Source of the DNA: Cirrosporium novae-zelandiae
Lineage: Eukaryota
DNA: 64,000 bases
Direction of reading: 5' to 3'
Assembly (NCBI GenBank): GCA_026023565.1
Contig: JAPETS010000010.1
Span: forward strand, 434,001-498,000
Shown here: one piece after another, positions 37,009 through 50,829 of the stretch
Layout of the letters: every line of letters starts with the position of its first letter
Position numbering within the stretch: position 1 is the stretch's first letter
Made by a program: the position numbers and the translations under genes
The notes under the pieces: model-generated
Database searches by the model: none
Seen by the model: the letters and a program-made list of their open reading frames with translations, nothing else
Told to the model about the DNA's origin: nothing

Positions 37009-38496
37009 ATGTCGTTTAATACCAAATACGCAAATCTCCCTGATCTCGTTTGTACATCCAATCATCATTTTCATCCGAATTATCGCTGACCTTACTTAGG
37101 ACCCTTCCCCAGACGTTTATGAAACCCCAGAGCTCACAGACGATGCTTCAACAAACCCTGTATGCTTTCGCAATCTTGCTTAACTGTAGATTTGTGTCGC
37201 TAATCTTTCTCTCCCCGCTTATAGACCTCCGCAACCCCCACCAATGAACTGGATGATTCCACTACTGAGTCTATAGACCGACAACGTCTCCAGCCATCTG
37301 CTGCGCGTACCTTCTTCCAACCATCCATCGTCTCCGCAAATGATGTCGACTTCTCCGATCGTATAGACAACAAGCGGAAGTCATATCGTACCTCTACTCG
37401 TCGACGTCGTCGGCACGAAGATGGAACCGAAGAATTGGGAGACTTAAGTGACGAGGAGGATGAGAGCCTTGAGAGGAAGGTTGCGAGATTGAGACGCGAG
37501 GTTGAAGAGTGTAAAGAGGAATATGCGCGGAGGAGGGCGGAACGAGAGAGCCAAGGCGAGAAGATGGCCGATATGGTCGACGAGGAACAGGAAGACCTAG
37601 TAGAAGGTGAAGACGGAGGACTCAAAGCTCTCAGCATGGCCCTTTCTGTCTTGACTACAACAACCACTACTGCTTCTACGTCGGCTTCGGGTGCCCTAGT
37701 GGCCAAACTCAACAAACCCACTCCCCAATTCACGCCCGCAACTACAGCGGCTCTAACTCCAACTCCACCGTCCCAGCCACCTCTACCCTCCGCCGAAATC
37801 TCGACTCCCTCTCTCACCAAGGCTGCCCTCCTCGAAACCCGCCTCACGGCCCTTGAATCCCTCCTCGGCCTCCCCGCTGCCCTCCCATCCTCCCTTGACC
37901 CTTCTCCAACACCCACCCCGATCCTTCCCACCCTCGCAAACCTCACCAATCAAATAACTACCGTCTCCTCCGCAACTCCCGCCTCCCTTGACGCCATTGC
38001 CCGCCGCGTCCGCCAACTCACCTCCGACGCCCAAAAGCTCGAAGCCTCGCGCCGCGCTGCCAAAGAGGCCGAATCCCAGCTCCTATCCTCCTCCTCCAGC
38101 CTAGACCACGACAACGATACCACAGCCTCCGATTCCGAAACTGAAAAGGAAAAGGATCCCACCACCCAGGAAAACGATACCAAAACTACCAAACTGCATG
38201 CGCTGTACGCGCTCCTTCCTACAATTGAGACGCTGTCGCCGCTTCTTCCGCCGCTGCTGGCGCGGCTCCGGTCGCTACACTCAATTCATTTGTCGGCGGG
38301 GCAGGCTGGGCAACTGTTAGACGAGGTAGAGAAGAAGCAGGAGGATTTGGATAAGGAGTTGAAGGTTTGGGGGGAGGGGTTAGAGAAGCTGGAAGGGAAG
38401 ATGGAGGCGGAGAGGGGGGTTTGGAAGGGGAATGTGGGGGTTGTAGAGGGGTGGGTTAAGGAGCTGGAGGGGCGGGTGGAGGGATTGGAGAAGTAA
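37009..38496 (+). CDS. Dynactin subunit 2 (dynamitin/p50)
   Basis: MSFNTKYANLPDL|DPSPDVYETPELTDD, VDFSDRI, ESLERKVARLRREVEE, LPPLLARLRSLHSIH; two 5' introns. Confidence 0.9.
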
Positions 38497-39146
38497 CTGA
38501 CGAATACTGCGCGGCTTCGTTTTATACCATTTTTTGTTCGTTAAATATTAGAGAAGTAGACCCTGCTACTACGTGCCTGTATACAACCATACACGAGGGG
38601 AAAAAAAGTCTTCTCTTACGCAGTGGTTAGTACCTTTTTAGTAGTTCAAGCCACTTTCGCTTCGAGGCTGAGCCTGAGCTGTTTGATTATTATTATATTA
38701 TACACGATGTTAAGCCAAAAAACTGGCCATATCTCTCTCCAAAATAAAAATTAAAAAATAAGGGGAACCAGTTACACACGTACGCGCTTAGCGAATGCAA
38801 ATAAAGATAACGATGATAATGATACTGGTACTGGTACGAGTTAGAAGAATAAGAAAACGAACGTGGGGGGTATTTTTTAGAAAAGCCGAAAACAATGAAG
38901 AATGGATTGGTATCACTTTTTGCGCTAAATCAATAAAATAAAGATGCGTTCATGGACATTAAAGGAATTCTTGAAACGAAGGCTGAGTACCGGATATAGG
39001 AGAGAGAGAGTTGCATGGGATGGCGAGGTTGATGCTGATATGGTAGTTGAAGATGAATAGACGTGATGCAAATAGAGTAGAATTAAGAGTTGTGGGTTGA
39101 TTGGTTGGTTGACCTCATTATCATCATCTTCATCCTCCTCCAACCT

Positions 39147-41762
39147 TTACCTAATCGAAACTGAAATATACCCAACGTCTCTCCTGAATTTTGGATTTAA
39201 TGAGGAGGAGGGCGAGGAGGAAGGTCTCCTCAACGAGGCGGGAGTGATACATTTGATGAACTCTTTGCCGTCTGGCGTAGCCAGGCGACCTGTGAAGGGA
39301 TCTTCGAACCGGACACTTGGCTTCCTTTTCGGGGCTTTGGTCCGAACTGGTAGTCTGCCTTTGCCTTTACCACCTGGAATTTCTCGCGGTAATCGGGAAA
39401 GCTCCTCCTCCTCTTCCTGTTCTTCTGCGATCGTGGCTTGGGGGGTGATCGAAGCGGGCTTGTGTTGGATGGATGGTGGCATTGTGGGCAATGAAGGGAG
39501 GGAAAGCATGTCGAACAAGTCATCGCTACGGGGGGTGTTGTTGTGGAGGAGCGACTCCTTAGCCTCGGCTAGGAAGTAGTCAAAGTTGTCGTTTCCGTCA
39601 TCGTTTGTGCGAGATGGGGATGGGGTCGTGACAGTTGAGGGCCAAGAGGTGGCTGACGTAGAAGAAGTTGGCGAATCGTCTACGGTAGATGAGGAGGTCG
39701 TTGTCGAGGTAGATGGCGTTCGGTTGACGGATTCTGTTGGTTGGCTTTCATAAGAGTGTTCTGGGATATCGCACCCGGAAGATAGTTGGTCACTACAATA
39801 GGTGGGATTCAGGCCGTTACCATAGCCGTGGACCACGATCTCACAGTAATTCGGGGGTTTCTTTGGCTTTGACTTTGAACAGCGTTTGGAAACCGAGCAG
39901 GTAAGGGATAGCGTTCGTTTCAACGAAGATTTGGATTTCACGCTGGTATTTCGAGAAAGAGAGTTGGAGGAATATGAGGCGACGTAGTCAAGATCTGGCT
40001 TAATCTCAATGGCTGCTGGCTTATTCTCGTTGGAATGCTGCTCTTCGTTGAGTCTGGATATTCGTTGGCCACCGATCTCCCATGGTGGAATCTCGGGAAC
40101 GGAACAACATAGTGGGTACATTACATCTTCGGTGTCGCGTACGTCCTTGGGAGCTTGCGTAGCAGATATGAGGGTCTGCAAAACGGCGTAAATGAGCAGC
40201 CAACGGACCTTGCGAGCATCTGCCGCAGGGACTTTAGTCTCGTCTTCATTCATGATCCAGTCCTTTTCAAAACGCGCATACTCTCGTACAAGGTTGCTTA
40301 GTGCGACCTCCTTGTTTGTGTTAGTCGCAACCCAGAGACTCTTTAACACAGAATATTTTCGTTCCAGCTTAGCTTGCTTCCCTCCAAAGAAGTTTAATGC
40401 TTGCATTGGAGCACTCGATCTTCGTGGTCCCGATTCAAATGGGGAGCGAGGCATCAGAGGTAGTGGATGTGGTAGTGGTATAAATTTCTTGCGTCGGTCG
40501 AATTCCCTAACATTCTGCAGGACACAAAGCCCACCAGGCGCAATTCTATTGTTTTGAATAGACGTGGTTGACTCTGGATCAACTAAATATTCGTAAAGGT
40601 CGCGAAAGTCGATATACATTGATCGAAGAGTGCTCATGCCTAGCGATTTGGGCCAGTATCCATATTTTGCGACATAGAATGCATGCAAGAAGGATCGGAA
40701 ATGGTCTAGGTGGGCGCGATCTTCGTTACGTAGGCCAAGATGCGACCCGGATAATTCATCCTCGAGAAAATTACTCAGGGATAATGCAGCATGTTCCAGC
40801 CGGGATTCCATCTTCCTATGAGCTCGTCCTATCATCGCCGCAGTGACACGACTTATTGACTGTTGAAAATTAGTAATAATCCAAAATGGGCGAGGTGATT
40901 TCCTTACAAGATATTCTTCACTCTGATGGAGGTTGTCAAATTGTCCAACACTATGGCAAAATGTATCCACCCACAAATCACGTATCTGAAACCTCTCCGC
41001 TAGTTTCATAACAGCTAAACAGTGATCAGGGCATCCACGGAAATCAGTATAACCGGCACCATCTAAGTATTCAAGCATCAGACTCTCGTTTTCGATACGA
41101 TCCTTTTGGTAGATATTGATTCTTTCCATCAATAAGACCAGGGCCTCCCCCAAAGAAGATCCGACTATAGGTAAACCAGATACCCAAGCAAAATAATTTC
41201 TAGTTGTAATATGATATTGGTATGCATCTTCTCGGTTGAGGTCTCGAGGCGCAGGTAGGTATAAGTCGAATGACTTGCTTGTCAACTGTTCAACTCGAAA
41301 TGGGTCATTTGATCCTCTGGGAGATGATGGACGGGAAGCGTGAATCGAGCGAGTATCTAAGCTTATGCTCAAAAGAGGTCGGCAGTTGACAGAGCTAATA
41401 TTCATGAGAGGTATTCGAAAAGAAGGGCCTCGTTGAGATTGACCTCGAGCGTAAAGGTGAACATTGCAATCACCATCAGGGAACCACAGTTCGGGGTCCT
41501 GAAAGGGTTAGTTAGTATATCAGAAAGCATGCTTATAAAAATGTGGTACTGTATCAGTCACCTTTTTCAAAGCATGCCAATCGCTGGTTTTTCTTAGCAT
41601 CCCATCCCATCTCTTCATATGAGCCATACGACCAGAAAAGGTCACTGAATTGCGGAGGTCGTGAACGTGGAATCCTTGGTGGCGGGTCAATCCCTCTTTG
41701 TCTATGGGACCTTGGGAATCCTTATCTGTTCCAGGCAGGGGCAGGATTGCGGTCGAGCCCAT
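39147..41762 (-). CDS. Conserved Pezizomycotina protein of unknown function (resembles DUF8004)
   Basis: KRWDG..WHALKK|DPELWFPDGDCNVHLYARGQSQRGPSFRIP, YHITTRNYFAW, HLDHFRSFLHAFYVAKYGYWP, ADARKVRWLLIY; S/T-rich tail; start codon uncertain. Confidence 0.7.
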
Positions 41763-42722
41763 TTTGGTGACTTTGTTTGGATATCTCTCGGTCACTTCCA
41801 AAGGTGTGTCAGGTCACGCTCTTCGAACTGCAATCATCTCATAGCAACATTTTGGGGAAATAATAGAGGAAGGAGGGTCTTTGGTCAATATTGACCTGGC
41901 AGGGCGGCAGCAATAGGGTTTTGTCGAATATTATTCTGTGCAGATGACGTTAAAGGAAGTGAATGCAATTCAAAAAAGGAACATGACGAGGAAGTCTAAG
42001 GTCAGGGAGTGATGGAACGAGTCGGATGGTCCAATTCAAGGTTAGTAGAAGGCGGGAATAAAGTTCATGAAGCTGATAAATAGATAGCGGAGCGTGAATG
42101 AATTGAAATAGAAATATCTGGGGTTAAGATATAAGAAGCTTAAGATACTTAGGATCTTCTCAAGTTTATAGAAGATATAGAGCATACAGTAGTTAAAGGA
42201 GGCTGGTATCCATAATTAATATATGGTGGCATCAAGCTCCTACAGCTTAGATGACTAAAACGTTCCGCTCCGTGACATTGGGAGAGACACAAGTGTTGGA
42301 GGACAGTGATGTCGGTGAACCAATAAAATGGGGTAAAGGTAGGAAGTATTGCAAGTTGAATGACGTTTCAAGGGCCGAGTTACAACGACACCGAATCATG
42401 GTCGGTTCATAACGACTATGCATTCGAACTGTGTAGCTAGAGACTAGATATTATAGGTCTGAATGGAGGCGACAACCAAGGTTGGGTGTGGCCCCACTGG
42501 TATCCACTATCTTTCACCGGGCTTCACATAACTTAACTAGCAAAGAGGGAAGGTTCTTTCCAAAGTTAACATTAGTTACTTTGACCAGAGACGAAATCAA
42601 GAAGAAGAAAAGAGGTTTGGTAAGAGAGCCTAAGAGATTTGAAAGAGCCTAAGAGAATTTAGAGAATTTAGGAGCGAGGAGCAAAGGTTACTGGATCCCA
42701 TAGCCGATTCGAACAGAAGTAA

Positions 42723-42820
42723 CCCCGGTGCCCCGGTACTCCTGGTGCCCCCAGTGCCCCCAGTGCCCCCAGTGCCCCCAGTGCCCCCAGTGCTTCCCAA
42801 TACCCCCAGTACCCCCAGTA
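42723..42820. repeat. 9-bp minisatellite (CCCCCAGTG)n with degenerate flanking copies
   Basis: Five perfect units plus CCCCGGTG and CCCCCAGTA variants. Confidence 0.9.
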
Positions 42821-45261
42821 TCGACCCCTGTTACCCCCCATTAAGCCCCCAATCAAAAGCATAACCAACTAAGTTTAAGGTAGGCCAGCATAGCGTTGAT
42901 GGATGATCGTCCCGGCAAGATACGCGAGGCCCACACATACTACAAGTAGAACACAGAGTAACAGTACCATACTAGACAAGTGAAGATATGCCCTTGCTGT
43001 TACAATTAATGTTAAGATACTATCATCACAGAAACCAGGACGGTGGTATTATCGACGTGCATCAATCGCTTCATAATCTTGTTTGGAGAGAAAATGATGA
43101 TCCGGCGACTTAACCATCGGACGCGCAAGCCAGATACCAGACATCCATATATTTCCAGGGGTTTGGGTTGAGTTTGAGACAAGAGTCGTGACTTTTGAAT
43201 TGCGAAGTCGCCGAGGGATGATAATGATAGGATGATCAAATGGTAGCCATGACTGGCATTGCCTAGGAATTGACCACAACTATCTGCAGGTGCCAATCAT
43301 TCCCTCCCGTCGGCCTTTCACACGCCTAAAAGGCCTAAAGGAGGGGTCGGAACATAAAATATACAGAACTACAACTTCTCTACTTTCTGGTTACTCCTCA
43401 TGTCTTTGAATCACAGCTTTACACGCAACCTCTTCGATCTGGTGTATTATGACTCGTTCCTGCAAGCCGGCGTTCCAAAGTGCTGACGCGGAAACTTGTT
43501 TGAACTCTTCATTCGATCAAGCTGTCACCTTCTAAGCTTCTTGATCCTGCCTGAATACCTCAACATTCATCGGTTTCATATATTACACTTTTCTTCCTAT
43601 CTTCCCTTCTTCCAGCCCCTCAAACATTTCTAGGCAAAGGACATGTCAAAATGTACCAACCAATCAAAAAGTAGCTAGTGCTGACTTGAAACGAGTATGA
43701 TTGTGCGTTGGCAGTAAGGAAGAGAGGGATCTTTTTAACATGGTGGATTTTTTAAACCACCTATGATTCTACATTTGATCAATCGTCTTCCAATCGCGAT
43801 ATATGCTGATGTCAGACTAACGCGTACCTTCCCTTTTTAGACATTGCTCCCTTCCTAATCGCTATTTCTAATAATTCATCTTCCCATAATGATGGCTGAA
43901 TCGCATACAAATTGGTTGGTCTTTGAACATTCTTGCCAGCTCTTGGTCTATGTGTTTTATCCCTTATTAATCCACCCTTTCAAATGAGGATATTTATCTC
44001 ATAAAAAGATCACAGCGTACTTGGCAGCTATGATGATAGCCACTCAAATACTGACTGCTTCTCCTACTCAGCTCCACAGATCCTTCAGGTCTAAAAGTCT
44101 ATCCAGGGCCGCAAAGAGGCACTCGGCCCATCACATTCTTCTCTTGGCCTTATGACAACACGAGTTTTACCGGCTTAGTAGGAATTTTTCCATGGGAGGG
44201 TGAATGACAACATACACATTTACCAACTGCCTAACTGGTAATTACATGCTTCATTGTCTGTTCATTTTGACTTGACTTACGCTATCAGGATAAAGCAAGA
44301 AGTGTTGGGCTGGGACACGATTGTATGATAGGACCTTGGTAATAGCCCCCCGCCTCATGACTTAAGCATAACCGTGAAAACAGTGATTAGTTCGGCGAAG
44401 AAAGGTCTACTATTTCGTTACATGTTGCCCTTCAACGACCAGGACGAGGAGGAAGGAAATGACTAAACTCTAGAAATTAATGTAGAGAAAGAGTGGGTGG
44501 GATTATAGTAATACCTCAATTATTATATATTCACCGCTTTGAGGTTCTTGAACACCCTACTACTATAGATGTCGCCTAACGCTCCTATCAGCACTTTTCT
44601 TACCGTAGGCCATCTTCCTTCCTATCCTCAAAATCGATAGCTAAGACACCTTAAGGTAAAAAAAAGGATGTATATTCCGGAGGCTAAGATGTGAAATTCT
44701 AGGATGTGATGACCTATCCTTCACTTGAAGGTTTAATCTGATAAGGAGGTCTCGGGACCTCATTTTGTTGTAGATCTAAGCAGTTTCTCTAATATGTTAG
44801 AAGCTAATGCTGATAATGCATGAACTATTTATTTACCGACCTGTTTCACGGTCACGGTACAACCAAAATAGAATTTGGTCGGAATATTTTTAAAATTTCA
44901 ATCTGGTCATTAATTAGTTGCATCACAACTCGCTCTGTCATTTTGACTTGCATCTATATATTCGCCGACGCCGTAAGGACTATCATTCTTTCTCCCATGT
45001 CACTTTTACTGTGTACTTGTAGGTTCAACGTTTCGGGGGGAGCTTATCCGACAAATCCAAAGCCATCTGATAACCAATGGCCATATACCTCCTCCAATGG
45101 GAAGGTGGCTCTGACCATTCTACTAGATATGTATTTACTCTCGCTGCTGCTCGTAGCAGCATGGATTCAAATGGATTTAACATTTAAAAAATGTATTTTT
45201 CTAATTCTCTCGAGTCTTCGCATCTCGACTTGCACCTTTTTCATTTCCTAACTTCGCTGAA

Positions 45262-48200
45262 ATGTCTAGCTGTTCTGATGCAGCCGAGTCTGCATTTGGG
45301 CCACGAGTCAATCAGTGCCGCAGGACTTTTGATTTCACTCTCCTATTTGAAGAAGTTTTTCTTTCTCTTGTGCCTCCCACCATATTTATCTGTTTCTCCT
45401 TATTTCGATTTGGTACGCTGTTGAAAAGGCGACGACAAGCCTATGATGATTATCTTCTAATAAGTAAATTGGTGAGTATGTGTTTCCACTGATCGTTGCA
45501 CTTTTAAATATTGCTAAATATCTAGTGCAGTCTGCAGCAACTGTTCAAGTTCTTCTGCAGCTTGCCTTGCTTGTGTTTTGGTGTTCACAACGAGGTTTTC
45601 GAACTCGACTTTCAATCCCGTCCTCGATTTTAGCATTTGTTACAGTTTTGATCGTGTGCATCCTCTCGTGGTTCGAGCACCGTAGATCACTAAGATCTTC
45701 TTCCCTACTGAGCGCATACTTATCGCTGAGCGTACTCTGTGAGGCGACGGAGGTAAGAACTCTATGGCTCTCTAATGAAGCCGTTACTCAGCGGGGTTAT
45801 CGGAACGAAGTTCATAATTCTAGGATTGGAAAGTAGGGAAAAGACTCGTTGCTTTATGGACAAGGGACGCTAATGGACACCGGAAGAAATCGACGGGTTA
45901 TACAGTCGCAGCATACTTTACTAGTTGGTGCGTCTGTTCAAAACCGGTTATTCTGCCATCTTGGGACTCGAAAGTCTCTACCCCTTAGGCCAGGGTATGT
46001 CTTCCCGCTTACTGGGAAAATCTTTCCGTGATAGCTGGAAATCCTTCATTCTTTGTAGGCTTGTGGATTCATAATAACGCTATGGAATGATTGTCTAGTT
46101 GTCTGATTGTCGTATTGCTGTAGCTCCTCCTAACTTCGCCTCAAATATAGACTTGTCTGGATCATATTCAGAGCACTTAAATGGCAATTTCTTGCACCTA
46201 TATTTCCACGACTTTGCCTTACCGCCTTTCAGTTTGTACAATCGTTTCTAGTGAATGAAGTTATCGAGTTTCTCGAAACGACACAACCGAAGGATAAAAT
46301 GTCGGATATGGTCTATATAGAAATTGCGGTATGAGGTCCGTTTCGTTCTAGAAACTTTGGCTAATATTCTTTTAAGATTTCCAATAGCTTATACCAGTAT
46401 CGAAAAACTCGATTTGTCGTTATAGTTCGAGGCGGTCTCATTTCGATGTTGTACGATAAGTCCTTAACAGCTATGGACAGTAACACTAGGGAATCTAACG
46501 TGGTCACTCTGATGACTTCCGATACTGAGAGAATTATTCGTGGCTTGAGTTTCATCCATGAAGTCCGGATAAACATGATTGAGACTGCAATAGCAATATA
46601 GCTTTTAGAACGACAAGTTGGTCTGGCATGTATGGCAGCAGCACTTTTAGTTGTGGGTACGTGGATCACACCCTTTTTCTTCGGCTACCTAATGCTAATA
46701 TCGTGATGCAGTATGTGCGATCATCTCCACGAGAGTGGCAGGAGTTGCCGGTAAATGTCAAGAGAGATGGATGAGGGCAATTGAAAGGAGAGTCAATGCC
46801 ATCGCTACCATGCTAGGATCAACCAAAGCTGTTAAGATGCTTGGACTTGAGCAGCTTACTGCCAATATGATACAAAACTTGCGTATCCAAGAATTGGAAC
46901 AAGCCAAAAACTATAACAGGTGGACAGTTTACTCTGCTACACTATGTATGAAAATCCCCGCAAACTTCACTCGGGAGTGAGCCGCTATCAGAGATCCGCT
47001 AGACAGAAAACTTACTGAAGGAGGAACCCTTCTTGAGTGACTGGTGGTCTGACTGGTTGTGACTCATTTTGATGGACGGTGTTTGGTGTAAAATAAAGGG
47101 AAGGTTCTGACTAACCTCGTACTATAGCTTACGCTACCGTTACGCTCTATCCCGTGCTGGTTTATGCATCATTTACGGCTATTACCCTTCGAGATAATGT
47201 CACTCTTGATACCACGAGAATGTTCGCTTCCCTAACGTTGATCTCGCTCCTGACAACTCCATTGATTCAACTTTTTCAAGTATTACCGCAGATAACTTCG
47301 GCTTTTAGATGCTTGGTGCGGATACAAAATCATCTCAATACCAGTTCGAATATCGATTTCCTGAACGATAATGGCCAGAAGCTAGACGACGGAAATAATT
47401 CTGATACCAGTTTTCTAGGTGATCAGGAGCCGGGCAGTATAAAACTAAAAGATCGAACATCCAGCTCTTGTGTTCAGAAGGATGGAAATAATATGATCAC
47501 TGTGGAGAAGGGAGATTTCGGATGGTCTCAAGGTTCGCCGCCAGTCCTTCGTAACATAAGTTTAACTGTGAATCGGGGAGAGCTGATAGCCATAATTGGC
47601 CCTGTCGGATGTGGTAAGAGTATCTTGCTGAAATCTTTGGTCAGGGAAGCAGTCCACCTCCTGAAAGGATCCATCACCACCAGCGATTTTGCAAAATTTG
47701 CCTACTGGGATCAAACATTCTTGGTTGACCAATCGTACCTTTCGACAAAATGTAATCGGCCCTTTGGAGGTTTGATGAAAAGTTTTATGATGTTGTTATC
47801 TCGATGTGTACTCTCGATTCTGATTTGAAGTCATTGCCGGCGGGAGATCGGACGGATGTTGGAAGCAAGGGGGCACAGTTAAGTGGGGGGTAGAGGCAGC
47901 GTTTGGTTAGTATAAAAGCCACACACCCTTCAACTCAAGTGTTTACGACTCTCTCTCCAACCTGGTTCTTCCATGGCTGGTTCCAACAACAGCTAGCTTA
48001 GGCATGACATATTAGGAAGGCCTTCAAATAAAGTTGCTTGGTTTTCTTCTTTGGAAGGTTTAAGTTACTGTAGAATACTGGAGCTTGCTACTAATCATTT
48101 CAATATAGGCATTGGCACGCGCCTTATATAGCCGTCCCACAGTCCTGATCCTCGACGACGTGTTTTCTGGTCTCGACCGAAGAACGCAAGTTGTTATCTT

Positions 48201-50330
48201 TGAGAACCTCTGGGGCCCTAATAATGGCTATCTTCTGCAGCATCGAGTGGCTTGTGTTTTGGCCACACACGCTAGTAAGAGAGGAACCTGTGCAAGTTTT
48301 ACTGACCCAGCTAATTTAGCCCGTTTTCACATTAACTAATAAGCTCTTATTTATTAATAAATAGTTCATCAGCTTCGTTGTGCATATAGAGTTATTGCTC
48401 TGAACCAGAATAAGGAATTAGAGCAGGATAGTTCTCCTGAAGCTTTTCTTGATCAAAAGGATGTGAAATTATTCATGCTTTCTAGAGATAGGGCGGATAC
48501 AAACGACCACCACGTAATTCAAAAGAGCGGCCTCGAAGCCTCGACTACGGAAGGTCAAGATACCCCTGCTTCAAGCTCAAGAATATTAAAAGACAGGCAG
48601 ATATATTCCTACTATTTGAGGTCCATGGGGATCTGGAACTTGTGTATGTTTGCCCTCGGCGCTATTTGTTATGGCGTGTTCATCAAAATCCCGGATCAGT
48701 GGTTAAATTGGTGGACGGTTGCAAATCAACAGCATCCTAATCAAAGGATTGGTACTATGTCGGTACCTATGCCATGCTGAATGGCATAGCTCTGGCGTCC
48801 TTATTTCTATGGACATGGCATATGTTCCGCCACGTTGTCGTGGTATCAGGCTCCCTTATCCATCATCGCCTCTTGGAAGCCGTAAGGAAGGCTTCGTATT
48901 ATTTCCTGAGTCGCGTAGACATTGGTGTTACGACAAATCGGTTTTCTGAAGACATCCTCCTGCTCGATGGCGAGCTTCCTCTAGCTGTTTTCAATGTGGC
49001 AGCTGGATTGACTGAAGGTCTGGTGCAGATTACTTTGGTTTCCGCAGCATCTGCTATCGTTGTTTCGGCGCTTCCCGTGATTATAGTATTCTTGTATCTT
49101 GTCCAGCGCTTCTATCTTCGAACATCTAAGCAGCTTCGTCTTCTGAATATAGAATACAAGACCTCCTTGGTTACCCAATTCCTTGAGATGGCTAGCGGTG
49201 TCCATATGATTCGTACATTTAGCTAACAACATCATCTCCGGACTAAAAATTATCAATTGACTGACGATTCCCAAAGGCCTTATTATTTCCTTTGTTGAAT
49301 ACAAGTCTGGCTTAACCTTGTACTCAAACTGCTAATAGCCGCGCTTGCTGTTGTCTTGGTGGGTATAGTTGTCGGGTTGAAGGGGAGGATTTTTTCGGGG
49401 TCGATTGTGCAGTTGCACTTGTAAACATCACGACACTTGGTGAAGCACTTATGATGCTCATTGTTTACTGGACCAGTATGGAAAGCTCGATGGGCGCAAT
49501 ATCCCGGATCAAAACATTTGTCGATTCCACTGATTCGGAGGAGGACAAATGTGACAATGCTTTGTCCCTTCCTCCTACTAAACCTACTTTTCTTCCTGCC
49601 GGCTGGCTTAGCAAGGGTGAAATTCGATTAAACGATGTCTGTGCCTCTTATAATGGCTCAACTCGTGTCCTCGACTCCGTCAGTTTAGCCATCCATCATG
49701 GTCAGAAAGTTGCAATTTGTGGAAAAACCGGGTCGGGAAAGTCCTCGCTTATCCGCGCTGCTTCGTATGCTTAAACTTGACTCTGGCTCCATTTTCATTG
49801 ACGATATTGACATCTCAAAAATTACTCTTCAAGAATTACGTAAAAGGATTCATGTTGTACCGCAAGACCCGTACACTATCTCGAGCACCGTTCGCTAGAA
49901 CCTCGACGTCTACGGTGAAAGAACTGATACCGAACTCATCGGCATCTTGAGAGCGGTTAAGCTTTATAACAAGGTGTTTGAAGACATGAACGGCTTAGAT
50001 GCCGAAATAAACCTTGAGCTCCTTAGTATGGGTGAAAGGCAGCTCTTCTGTCTGTCTCGAGCTATGGCTGTGCATCTCCCTAGTAAATGTGGCATCTTGA
50101 TAATGGACGAAACGACTAGCAGTGTGAACACGGAAACGGAGAAGCGTATGGGCGAGCTCTTGAAGGAGTATTTTCCGCAGACAACGGTTGTGGTGGTTAT
50201 GCATCGGTTATAAGTCGTAGGGGAGGGGCTTTTTAATAAGATTGTTGAGTTGAGTCTTACCACTAGAAACCATGAACGCTTGATACCACAGAAACTTGAC
50301 AATGCATTTATAGTTTCACGTGCGTAGAGT
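45262..50330 (+). pseudogene. ABCC/MRP-type ABC transporter pseudogene
   Basis: N-terminal FGPRV..FDFTLLFEE, Walker A GPVGCGKS and GKTGSGKSS, ALARALY..ILDD, LQRFYLRTSKQLRLL-type motif; in-frame stops at 45922, 46599, 47891 (LSGG*RQR), 49224, 49896, 50211 plus several frameshifts. Confidence 0.9.
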
Positions 50331-50829
50331 GAAGAGAATGAGCCACTAAACATTGGGTTCTAGTTACATGCATGTACCCTTTAGATATTCAAGTAAGATC
50401 TTACCTTCAACAGCAAGCCATTGAAGGTCTCCCTTTCGAAAAAAATAATTGCACACACGAACATAACAGTATAAACGTTACTATACCAAAACGAAGGCGT
50501 CCGTGGATTTTCGATTGGGCAACATGTTTTTGTTAAAAGCAAGTGATGGGCTGGCTAAAAATCCATACTGTATGATGGATGGAGGGGAGAAGGATATATG
50601 ATTACTTGGTGCATGCACTGTCTGAAAAAAAGTGTGATTTTGCGTTGGTATTTAGTTTACGGGTCATATGATGGTGGATTGGTTGGCGCTCAAGAGGTGT
50701 AGTTTATACACTTTTGGCGAAACAATAGAAATCTAGGTTCTGAAGTTGATCATTACCGAGTGCCTGCTCGTCTATCGCTCGTGGTACACACATTAGTATA
50801 AATGGCGAGAAAGACAGACGAGGGGCGTT

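Noticed and set aside
45262..50330. Idea that TAG stops in the ABC gene are repaired by A-to-I editing
   Set aside because: TAA/TGA stops, a stop at a Gln position and several frameshifts cannot be rescued by TAG-to-TGG editing.
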